Below are positions 1-7,614 of a DNA stretch of 32,000 nt, piece by piece. The position numbers and the translations under genes were made by a program. The number at the start of each line of letters is the position of its first letter. The first letter of the stretch is position 1. The notes below the pieces were generated by a model. That model was not told where the DNA came from, searched no databases, and saw only the letters and a list, made by a program, of their open reading frames with translations. Origin of the DNA: Nostoc sp. PCC 7120 = FACHB-418 (GTDB lineage: Bacteria > Cyanobacteriota > Cyanobacteriia > Cyanobacteriales > Nostocaceae); contig NC_003272.1 in assembly GCF_000009705.1 (NCBI RefSeq), positions 5,820,001-5,852,000 of the forward strand, given 5' to 3'.

Positions 1-138
1 CGCTACGCTAATGCCCCTTGTGGGTGGCTGTCTTTAATTTTGTTGGCGTTCGCGGTAGCGTCTCGTAGAGAAGCCTTCCCGTAGGGTATTTTGAATTTTG
101 TTCGCCCTTGCCGTTCCCGTAGGGTATTTTGAATTGAT
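1..138. repeat. GC-rich short dispersed repeat cluster containing a 22-bp direct repeat
   Basis: TTCCCGTAGGGTATTTTGAATT occurs at 76-97 and 114-135. The module CGTTCGCGGTAGCGTCTC (47-64) is the reverse complement, with 1 mismatch, of GAGACGCTAACGCGAACG at 22746-22763. The 10-mer TCTCGTAGAG (61-70) recurs at 28455-28464. Confidence 0.7.
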
Positions 139-1671
139 TTATCTAGGTCGTCCCAATGTTGTAATATAAATAACTGCCTCATCATTGGGAATACCCAGTA
201 CTTCATTGACTTGATCATCAAAAAAACCACCAATACCACTGACACCTAAGTTGAGTTGGATAGCCGCTAAATTCAAGCGTTGTCCCAAATGTCCGGCATC
301 CATGTGTAAGTAACGATAAACGCGATCGCCATATTGAGCGATCGCAGATTTAAGATCAGATGTATGAAAAATTACGGCGGCAGCATCTCGGCCTAGTTCC
401 TGTCCCAAACAGAGAAAGTGTAACTCTCGCCGGAAGTTTTTAAACCGGATTTGCCTTAATTCTTGAGCCTTAGGCGCGTAATAGTAACAACCAGCCTCCA
501 GTCCTTGGACTCCGCAGACCGCGATAAAAGTTTCAATTAAATTTAAATCAAAATAATCTGGAGAATTATCTAGACTTTGATCAATATAATTTTGGGGTTG
601 ATAAGTAAAATCAAGTAAAGCTTTTAGTTCATCAAAGGTCAATTCCTCACCATTATAAGCACGGGTAGAACGTCGCTTGTGCATGGTGATTTCCAAATCT
701 GACAGATTTTCTCCCCAGTATATGGGTGCGGAGACAGTGGAGATTTTCAAGCAGAAAGGAAAATTGTATTTATCCTCCAAGGATCTTTCTTGTACGACCG
801 TTGGTAAATTCAGCTTGCCAGTGATACTAGCCGAAATTTGAGTATGACGATGAAAATATTTGAGCAATTCACCATCAGGAACTTGGGGATAATTAGTTTC
901 TGTAGCTGAGGGGAGAGATGTACATCCTGGGGATAAATTTTGCTGGATATCTAATAAATCTGCCAGAGGTAAAACAGCGATCGCTCCTTCCTGTAGCGGA
1001 TCAATGTATAGTAAATCATTAACCGCTTCATCAATGAAACCACCAATCAAGTGGGGACGATAATCAGTGATAGCAGCACCTAACTCAATATTTCCTAACA
1101 GGTGTCCTGTATCTAAACAAATGCGACGATAAGCCCGGTCTTCATAGCGCCACGCCGAACGATAGAAAACAGCCGTCACAATAATGGCTAATTGAGTACT
1201 TTCTAAAGCAGGATGCCAGAAACAAGCCTCTTGCAAACTTTGCCAAATATCACTTTCCCAGTAGTGCATCAGGGAATGAGTCCGACATTGGTAGTTATAA
1301 AGCCCCGGTGATAGTAGAGGCGTACCACGGGAAACCACATACACCTCCGCCGGATATAACCCCCCCGCGCTAGGTGCAGCACGTAAATATACCGTATTCC
1401 CCATAGAAGGCATTCTGGCAGTCAGCCCATAACTGCGAAACAGTAACCGCGACAGCCTTTGCCACCATTGACCATTGGCATCATTGACAAATACCTCTGG
1501 TGTTTCTTGTAAGTAGGGTTTGAGGTCAATAGCAGAACCGATTTTATACTCCTTAAACGGCACTGGCTGTTTAGCCCAATCTAACCTCTGACTTTTAGAG
1601 GCGATCGTATCAGGGTCATATTTAGTACGTTCGTGATAATGTTGAGCAATTGACTGGTGTATTTCTGGCAT
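139..1671 (-). CDS. SagB/ThcOx-type dehydrogenase, tandem nitroreductase-fold domains
   Basis: 510-aa ORF. The N-terminal HYHERTKY signature is typical of SagB-type dehydrogenases. The second half has RRSTRAY and GGFFDD nitroreductase-like motifs, and GGLYP occurs in the first half. Confidence 0.75.
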   Translation of the reverse strand: MPEIHQSIAQHYHERTKYDPDTIASKSQRLDWAKQPVPFKEYKIGSAIDLKPYLQETPEVFVNDANGQWWQRLSRLLFRSYGLTARMPSMGNTVYLRAAPSAGGLYPAEVYVVSRGTPLLSPGLYNYQCRTHSLMHYWESDIWQSLQEACFWHPALESTQLAIIVTAVFYRSAWRYEDRAYRRICLDTGHLLGNIELGAAITDYRPHLIGGFIDEAVNDLLYIDPLQEGAIAVLPLADLLDIQQNLSPGCTSLPSATETNYPQVPDGELLKYFHRHTQISASITGKLNLPTVVQERSLEDKYNFPFCLKISTVSAPIYWGENLSDLEITMHKRRSTRAYNGEELTFDELKALLDFTYQPQNYIDQSLDNSPDYFDLNLIETFIAVCGVQGLEAGCYYYAPKAQELRQIRFKNFRRELHFLCLGQELGRDAAAVIFHTSDLKSAIAQYGDRVYRYLHMDAGHLGQRLNLAAIQLNLGVSGIGGFFDDQVNEVLGIPNDEAVIYITTLGRPR

Positions 1672-1777
1672 AGTACTTTCAATACCCTTACGACATCCTC
1701 ATTTTGATCTTGGCATTCATCAGTACCATTATTTCAGTCTAATCAGCACATTATTCCTCAGAATTACTATTGTTTAA

Positions 1778-1886
1778 GGAGGCAGGGGCAGGAGGCATGG
1801 GGGCAGGGAGCAGGGGGAGCGAAGAAGAATAACGATGGACTATTGACAACTGACAGCTGACAACTGACTAATGACTAATGACTAGC
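1778..1886 (+). repeat. Composite intergenic repeat: G-rich block plus heptamer STRR array (copy A)
   Basis: GGAGGCAGGGGCAGGAGGCATGGGGGCAGGGAGCAGGGGGAG is followed by GACAACT GACAGCT GACAACT GACTAAT GACTAAT GACTAGC (1845-1886). The last units overlap the final 3 codons and the stop of the DUF4349 gene. Confidence 0.85.
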
Positions 1887-2750
1887 TAAATGATTACGCC
1901 GCCAACGGTAGAAGCCGTAGACCCCAGCAGACAAAATTAACCAATAGGGACTGTACACTATTAACCAAATACCCAATTTGAGCAGCCCAACCGTAAAATT
2001 TCCCAGGGAATAAGTAGATTTATTCCAAGTTTCTTGTATTTGCGAATTTACAGCCAGTTGAGGACTAGTACTAGCGACGGCTGCTTTGAGATTAAGCGTA
2101 ATAGTGGAATAGGCGACTTGATTTTGTAAGTTTTTCAATTGAGCATCAATTTGTTCGATAGATTGTCTAACATTGCTAAGTTCTTGAGCAACACTGAGTA
2201 CATCTCTGACAGAACCGGCCCGATCCATAATTTTTTGCAGATTCGCTTCAGTTTTGCGGAGATTAGTTAATCTGGCTTGGAAATCAACCAATTGATTGCC
2301 CACGTCTTCCGCCGTAATTTTACGATTTTCTACTGTGCCTAATTTAGCTAACTCTTCTATTGTTGGTTCCAGTAAGTTCTGCGGTACTCTTAGCTGTATT
2401 GAGGCAGTATGACGGGTATTTCCCTTTGTGGGTTGTTGTTCATTTAAGCCGATTAAGTCTCCCTGCTGACGATTAACAATTTGCGTAACAGTATCAATAC
2501 TTTTATCTACCGAGGTGACAATTAGAGTTATGGCCGCTTTTTTAATTAATTGGGGACGGGAACGGGGTATGGGTGCAGCTACCGCCTTTTGTGCCACATT
2601 ATCAGCAAGCTCAGAAGCAGAAACAGGAACAGGTGCTGATGCTTGATTTGTAGACTGGGGTGCAGAGGCGCAACTTGTAAAAATCACTCCCCCTACTAGC
2701 GCAGTGATAAATAAACAGGACTTACGTGGTAATTGAATAGACTTTTGCAT
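1875..2750 (-). CDS. DUF4349-like lipoprotein with coiled-coil region and C-terminal TM helices
   Basis: 291 aa. Signal peptide with a lipobox-like FTSC. Long coiled-coil segment (LTNLRKTEANLQKI...QIDAQLKNLQNQ). Hydrophobic C-terminus (LGIWLIVYSPYWLILSAGVYGFY). Confidence 0.6.
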   Translation of the reverse strand: MQKSIQLPRKSCLFITALVGGVIFTSCASAPQSTNQASAPVPVSASELADNVAQKAVAAPIPRSRPQLIKKAAITLIVTSVDKSIDTVTQIVNRQQGDLIGLNEQQPTKGNTRHTASIQLRVPQNLLEPTIEELAKLGTVENRKITAEDVGNQLVDFQARLTNLRKTEANLQKIMDRAGSVRDVLSVAQELSNVRQSIEQIDAQLKNLQNQVAYSTITLNLKAAVASTSPQLAVNSQIQETWNKSTYSLGNFTVGLLKLGIWLIVYSPYWLILSAGVYGFYRWRRNHLASH

Positions 2751-2842
2751 AATCTAACCCCAGATAGTTGGATTAATCACAAGTATTACTGAGCATAAAA
2801 CCTAAACCTGGGATTGTTGCATTTTATGTAACGTATCTAGTG

Positions 2843-3301
2843 TTACTCGTCCCCTAAAGACAAATATATAGGGGAAATCTGGCGTAGACCAGAGATGAGA
2901 CTTAACCCACCCATACCAAAACTGATCCAAGGTATCAAGCCTTCATAGGAATCCACTACACGCGCAGTAGTCGTTGGTCGCTTGGGGTCATAACGTACTG
3001 CTACTATTTTACCGTTACTGGAACGGTAAGATCGATAATCGCCAGTGAAACGAATGCGATCGCCTTTGGCTGAAAACTCAACTACAGGCGCATAGGTTTC
3101 TTTTTGCTTATCCTTACTATCGCGTTCACGACGACGGAGGCTATCTACTACCTTACCCTGTGTTTGTGTTAGTGTTGCACGTTCCTGGGTGACTTGATTA
3201 CCTACCAAAAAACCGCCCCCAATAAACACAAATCCAATCACCAGACCAAGAATGCCACTAAATGTATCTTCAAAGGTAATTTGGCGAAATTTTAAATTCA
3301 T
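2843..3301 (-). CDS. DUF3592-like small membrane protein
   Basis: 152 aa. N-terminal TM (GILGLVIGFVFIGGGFLV), a soluble beta-rich core (VRYDPKRP) and a C-terminal TM, the topology typical of DUF3592. Confidence 0.5.
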   Translation of the reverse strand: MNLKFRQITFEDTFSGILGLVIGFVFIGGGFLVGNQVTQERATLTQTQGKVVDSLRRRERDSKDKQKETYAPVVEFSAKGDRIRFTGDYRSYRSSNGKIVAVRYDPKRPTTTARVVDSYEGLIPWISFGMGGLSLISGLRQISPIYLSLGDE

Positions 3302-3471
3302 GGGTTTGACAATATCACAACAATAGATTCCATTAAACTATCTGGCATCGTCTGAATGCTTCGCTAATACTGACTATTTAACTTACAGAAAATTAATAGC
3401 AAATTACGTGAATTAAGATGAAGACTTTCGAGCAATACAAGCAACTGGGAAGAGTGTATGGAGGTGTAAAA

Positions 3472-4938
3472 CTAATGACTATTGACTAAAACTTTTAAAG
3501 TATTCAGACTAGTATCGGCACAACCAGTAATGAATCCGCCTAAACTTTGGATATGTTGCAAATATTCAATGGCGGGTTTTGTGATAACTTCTCCTGGCAT
3601 AAGGACGGGGATTCCTGGGGGATAAGGACAGACAATTTCTGCACAAATGCCATCGCACGCCTGTTCGATGGATAACGTTTCACTATCGGCAAAAAAGGCA
3701 TCACGGGGAGAAATTTCTGAAAAATATTCCAGATTACTATTAACTTTTGGGTTGACTAATGCCTTAGTAGGCAGTGTTGTTTCTGCTAAAGTTGTGAAAC
3801 CTTGGACTAACTGCTCAATATCAGTAGCTGTGTTTCCCAAGCTAATAATAAAGGTGAGATGTTGCAACGTAGCAAATTCAGCCGTTACCCCCAGTTGTTC
3901 ATCTAAAATTTCTTCCGCCGCAAAACCCGTTAAACCCAAGCCGGAAACAGTCACAGTTAAGCGTGTTTTATCCAAAGTTGTAAACCCTGGTGATGGTGTC
4001 TTGGTAGGAGGCTGTAAAACTGATAAGCCAGGAATTTGACTAATTCTTTCTCTGGCTTCATTCGCTAGTTGTAAGGTACGGGACATTAACTGTTTACCAG
4101 ACAAAGCCATTTGTTGACGAGCCGCATCCAGGGAAGCTAGAAGTACATAACTGGGGCTAGTAGACTGTAGCAGCTGCAAAGCCTGACTAACTCGAACCGC
4201 ATTTATTCTGTCACCTTGGATGTGAAGCATTGAAGCTTGCGTCATTGCACCCAGTACCTTGTGAATCGACTGTACAGTTAAATCTGCACCTGCGGCTAAG
4301 GCCGAGGTGGGTAATTCTGGGTGAAAAGCGAAGTGTGCGCCGTGGGCTTCATCTACTAGTAAAGGAATATTGTAGTGGTGGGTGACTTGGGCGATCGCCT
4401 CTAAATCCCCACATACACCGTAATATGTAGGGTAAACTGTCAACACCGCTTTAGCATCAGGATGTTGTTGCAAAGCTGCTTTTACAGCCTCAGGCGTGAT
4501 GCTATGGGCGATATCTAAAACTGGGTCATATTCAGGATAAATAAAAATCGGGATAGCACCAGAGAGAATTAAACCAGCGATCGCCGATGAATGTACATTC
4601 CGAGGCAAAATAATTTTATCCCCCGGTCTACAAGTAGCCAGAATTGCCGCCTCGACACCGCAAGTAGAACCATTGACCAAAAACCATGTCTGTGAGGCAC
4701 CAAACGCCGCCGCCGCTAATTGTTGGGCTTCCTGAATCACTCCTTGGGGCGCAGATAAATTATCTAAATCAGCCAACTCCGTCAAATCAGCACTAAATAC
4801 CGCTTTACCCAACAAATCAGCCAAAGGTTGAGCAATCCCCCTCCCCTGCTTATGCCCAGGAGTATAAAACGCTGCATGATGTCGAGCAGTACAAGCTTTT
4901 ATAGATTCTATTAGTGGTGTTTGGTTTTGATCAAGCAT
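3472..4938 (-). CDS. PLP-dependent Orn/Lys/Arg decarboxylase family protein
   Basis: 488 aa. N-terminal FYTPGHKQG. PLP-lysine motif SIHKVLGAMTQ. DEAHGAHF. C-terminal YPPGIP, typical of the Orn/Lys/Arg decarboxylase major and C-terminal domains. Confidence 0.85.
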   Translation of the reverse strand: MLDQNQTPLIESIKACTARHHAAFYTPGHKQGRGIAQPLADLLGKAVFSADLTELADLDNLSAPQGVIQEAQQLAAAAFGASQTWFLVNGSTCGVEAAILATCRPGDKIILPRNVHSSAIAGLILSGAIPIFIYPEYDPVLDIAHSITPEAVKAALQQHPDAKAVLTVYPTYYGVCGDLEAIAQVTHHYNIPLLVDEAHGAHFAFHPELPTSALAAGADLTVQSIHKVLGAMTQASMLHIQGDRINAVRVSQALQLLQSTSPSYVLLASLDAARQQMALSGKQLMSRTLQLANEARERISQIPGLSVLQPPTKTPSPGFTTLDKTRLTVTVSGLGLTGFAAEEILDEQLGVTAEFATLQHLTFIISLGNTATDIEQLVQGFTTLAETTLPTKALVNPKVNSNLEYFSEISPRDAFFADSETLSIEQACDGICAEIVCPYPPGIPVLMPGEVITKPAIEYLQHIQSLGGFITGCADTSLNTLKVLVNSH

Positions 4939-4945
4939 TGGTAAG

Positions 4946-5022
4946 GAGGTTGGGAGCAGGAAGAAGCAGGGGAATTAGAAAACTACTAACAACTGACAAC
5001 TGACAACTGACCAATGACCAAT
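4946..5022 (+). repeat. Composite intergenic repeat: G-rich block plus heptamer STRR array (copy B)
   Basis: GGAGGTTGGGAGCAGGAAGAAGCAGGGGAA, then GACAACT GACAACT GACCAAT GACCAAT (4995-5022). It lies in the divergent spacer between the decarboxylase and the tab2-like gene. Confidence 0.8.
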
Positions 5023-5079
5023 CTTGGTAGAGTGAGAATATAAGCAAAATATAAACTCGCCAGATTTATACGGCAGAAC

Positions 5080-5940
5080 ATGGGCAGTATTTGGGAATTA
5101 GATTTTTACTCCCGTCCAATTTTGGACGAAAATCAGAAAAAAGTTTGGGAAGTTGTAATTTGTGAAAGTCCCTTAGATATTCGCACAAAGACGGATTCCT
5201 TATTTCGCTATGCACAATATTGTCCCAGTACTGAAGTCAATTCAGCTTGGTTAAGGACAGCCATTCAAGAGGCAATTAGCAAGGCGGGGAAAGCACCAAT
5301 CAAAATCCGCTTTTTCCGTCGCCAAATGAATAATATGATCGTTAAGGCTTGCGAAGATGCAGGTATTCCAGCTTTGCCGAGCCGGCGCACTTTGGCACTC
5401 AATCAATGGCTGAAGCAGCGCATGGAAGAAGTTTATCCCCAAGAACCTGGTTATCAAGGGGTAACGACTCCCTCAGTGCGTTTAGACAGCCCTTTACCGC
5501 AACGCTTACCTGATGCGTTGGAAGGACAACAATGGGTGTTTGTCTCTTTATCAGCTGCGGATTTAGCAGAAATGCCAGACTGGGAAATTGGTTTTAGTGA
5601 GGCATTTCCATTAGATTTTGTCCAGGTATCGCCTGAAACCCGCATTCCTGGGGTGTTGATTTTCTCCCCTAGAGCTTTGCCGATAGCAGGCTGGATGTCT
5701 GGTTTGGAGCTGGCATTTTTGAGAGTAGATACCAGCCAAGGAATGAGATTAGTCTTAGAAACTGGTGCTACGGAAAGTTGGATTTTAGCAAATATCAAAA
5801 ATCCCACTACTGTACAAGAAGCTAGAGGTTTCGAGGAAGCCAAACAAAAAGCCAATGGTGTACATTTTATCGGTGTGCAGTCAAACCCAGAGGCAGAATC
5901 TTTTGCTGGATTTTGGCTGTTACAAGAGTTAGGGGTGTAA
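5080..5940 (+). CDS. Tab2/ATAB2-family RNA-binding protein (DUF1092)
   Basis: 286 aa. The N-terminus WELDFYSRPILDENQKKVWEVVICES is the hallmark opening of cyanobacterial Tab2-like proteins. Confidence 0.75.
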   Translation: MGSIWELDFYSRPILDENQKKVWEVVICESPLDIRTKTDSLFRYAQYCPSTEVNSAWLRTAIQEAISKAGKAPIKIRFFRRQMNNMIVKACEDAGIPALPSRRTLALNQWLKQRMEEVYPQEPGYQGVTTPSVRLDSPLPQRLPDALEGQQWVFVSLSAADLAEMPDWEIGFSEAFPLDFVQVSPETRIPGVLIFSPRALPIAGWMSGLELAFLRVDTSQGMRLVLETGATESWILANIKNPTTVQEARGFEEAKQKANGVHFIGVQSNPEAESFAGFWLLQELGV

Positions 5941-5971
5941 GGGTGTAAGGGTGTGGGGGTGTAGGGGATGA
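5932..5971 (+). repeat. G-rich octamer tandem repeat (GGGGTGTA-like, about 5 units) spanning the tab2 stop codon
   Basis: GGGGTGTA AGGGTGTA AGGGTGTG GGGGTGTA GGGGATGA. The TAA stop at 5938-5940 lies across units 1 and 2. Confidence 0.85.
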
Positions 5972-5996
5972 GAGAGATATGGATTGTCTATCTTTT

Positions 5997-6052
5997 TCCC
6001 CAGTCCCCAGTCCCCAGTCCCCAATCCCCAATCCCCAGTCCCCAATCCCCAT
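5997..6052 (+). repeat. STRR1-type heptamer array (CCCCAGT/CCCCAAT, 8 units)
   Basis: CCCCAGT x3, CCCCAAT x2, CCCCAGT, CCCCAAT, CCCCATT, read directly from the sequence. Confidence 0.95.
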
Positions 6053-6073
6053 TCCTTTTAAATGGTGATAAAG

Positions 6074-6154
6074 ACCAATGATTTGGGATAATTATCTGCG
6101 TCCGTCTGAAATCTACGCGGATAGTCACCAATGATTTGGGATAATGATCTGCGT
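6074..6154 (+). repeat. 28-bp direct repeat pair upstream of the TldD/PmbA gene
   Basis: ACCAATGATTTGGGATAATTATCTGCGT (6074-6101) and ACCAATGATTTGGGATAATGATCTGCGT (6127-6154), 27/28 identical, ending 45 nt before the ATG at 6199. Confidence 0.85.
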
Positions 6155-6198
6155 GTACTGCCAGTTCAAAATCCAAAGTCCACCATTCACCGAGGGTC

Positions 6199-7509
6199 AT
6201 GGGTTCTGAAAATTTGTCACAAGATACACTCGCAGAACAGCTGCTGGAACTAGCTCTTAAATCGGGAGCGGAAACGGCTGAAGTGTATCAGTCGCGATCG
6301 CTTTCTCGTCCGGTATTTTTTGAGGCTAACCGACTCAAACAGCTAGAAACCAGCCAATCTGAAGGTACGGCACTGCGACTATGGCGCAAAGGCCGCCCAG
6401 GACTCACGGTAGCTTATGGTTCGGTAGAACCAGGAGCAATGGTAGAACGCGCTCTTGCTTTGAGCGAACTGAACCAATCAGAACCAGTGGAATTGGTTAG
6501 CAACTTTCAGCCATCCTACCCAGATTTGGGTGAGGCTGTATCTGTAGAAGTTTTAGTTGGTTGGGGCAAAGAAGCGATCGCTCTCATCCGCGATAATTAT
6601 CCCGATGTCCTCTGTAATAGTGACTGGGAATGTGATGTGGAAACGACTAGACTTGTCAACACCCAGGGTCTAGATTGCTACTACAGCGATACTACCCTCA
6701 GTTGCTATATGTCCGCCGAATGGGTTCGCGGCGATGATTTTTTAAGTGTATCTGACGGACAGACTCAGCGCGATTACTTAGATCCCGAAAAACTAGCTTA
6801 TCAAATTTTACAAAGACTGGTTTGGGCTAAAGAAAACGTCCCACCTCCAAACGGTCGTGTCCCAGTTTTATTTACTTCCAAAGCGGCGGATATGCTTTGG
6901 GGTACAGCGCAAGCAGCGTTGAATGGCAAACGTGTACTAGAAGCAGCTTCCCCTTGGGCAGAACGTGTGGGTAAACAAGTAATCGCTCCCAGCCTTACCC
7001 TTTACCAAGACCCCCAAGCCGGGCCTTATAGTTGCCCGTTTGATGATGAAGGTACTCCGACCAAATCTTTGGTATTTATCGAAAAAGGCATATTACAAAA
7101 TTATTATTGCGATCGCACCACCGGACGGCAACTAGGTAACGGCACCACTGGCAATGGCTTCCGCCCCGGTTTAGGCAGTTATCCCACCCCTGGCTTATTT
7201 AACTTCTTGATTAAGCCTGGTTCCAAGTCCCTCAAAGACCTGATCCAAAACATGGATGATGGCTTGATTGTAGACCAAATGCTCGGTGGTAGCGCTGGGA
7301 TCTCTGGCGACTTTTCGATCAATATCGAATTAGGCTATCGAGTCCAGAAAGGTCAAGTAATCGGTCGTGTCAAAGATACAATGGTCGCAGGCAATGTTTA
7401 TACAGCCCTCAAGCAAGTGGAATTAGGCAGTGATGCTGATTGGAACGGTTCTTGTTATACTCCGTCTTTAATAGTCGAAGGACTATCGACAACTGGGAGG
7501 AATAATTAG
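6199..7509 (+). CDS. TldD/PmbA-family metalloprotease
   Basis: 436 aa. Family-typical N-terminus (LLELALKSGAETAEVY), a C-terminal Gly-rich core (GNGFRPGLGSYPTPG) and GISGDFS. Confidence 0.8.
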   Translation: MGSENLSQDTLAEQLLELALKSGAETAEVYQSRSLSRPVFFEANRLKQLETSQSEGTALRLWRKGRPGLTVAYGSVEPGAMVERALALSELNQSEPVELVSNFQPSYPDLGEAVSVEVLVGWGKEAIALIRDNYPDVLCNSDWECDVETTRLVNTQGLDCYYSDTTLSCYMSAEWVRGDDFLSVSDGQTQRDYLDPEKLAYQILQRLVWAKENVPPPNGRVPVLFTSKAADMLWGTAQAALNGKRVLEAASPWAERVGKQVIAPSLTLYQDPQAGPYSCPFDDEGTPTKSLVFIEKGILQNYYCDRTTGRQLGNGTTGNGFRPGLGSYPTPGLFNFLIKPGSKSLKDLIQNMDDGLIVDQMLGGSAGISGDFSINIELGYRVQKGQVIGRVKDTMVAGNVYTALKQVELGSDADWNGSCYTPSLIVEGLSTTGRNN

Positions 7510-7590
7510 GAGGCAGGGGAAGCAGGGGGGCAGGGAGCAGGGGGAAGAAATTGACTATGGACAATTGTACAGACGCGATTAATCGCGTCT
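7509..7590 (+). repeat. Composite intergenic repeat (copy C): G-rich block plus 20-bp perfect palindrome
   Basis: GGAGGCAGGGGAAGCAGGGGGGCAGGGAGCAGGGGGAAGAAATTGACTATGGACAATTG, then AGACGCGATTAATCGCGTCT (7571-7590), a perfect palindrome. Confidence 0.85.
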
Positions 7591-7614
7591 CTGACCAATA
7601 ACTAAATTAGTACT

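Noticed and set aside
3-245. 80-aa minus-strand ORF across the window's left edge
   Set aside because: It overlaps the 3' end of the SagB-type gene out of frame and otherwise reads through the dispersed repeat.
3647-4039. 130-aa plus-strand ORF antisense to the decarboxylase gene. Similar antisense ORFs occur at 5251-5457, 5454-5855, 7755-8039, 8814-9047, 9290-9508, 9624-9992, 12459-12677, 12476-12661, 13118-13318, 13215-13397, 14090-14305, 15471-15665, 18203-18391, 19112-19336, 21568-21798, 24095-24301, 24361-24594, 24774-25001, 25128-25499, 27854-28051 and 29048-29275.
   Set aside because: All lie wholly inside longer ORFs that carry clear family motifs on the opposite strand. Their translations are low-complexity or Ser/Cys/Lys-rich with no recognisable motifs, so they are treated as shadow ORFs.
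5997-6052. Possible CRISPR array (also considered at 1845-1886, 4995-5022, 9781-9829 and 22288-22324)
   Set aside because: The units are contiguous 7-bp tandem repeats with no spacers, so they are STRR-type microsatellites and not CRISPR. No cas genes are present.
5867-6200. Two minus-strand ORFs (61 and 70 aa) with GDWGLGIGDWGLGTG repeats
   Set aside because: They are simply translations of the CCCCAGT/CCCCAAT heptamer array in the tab2-pmbA spacer, with no start context or coding signal.
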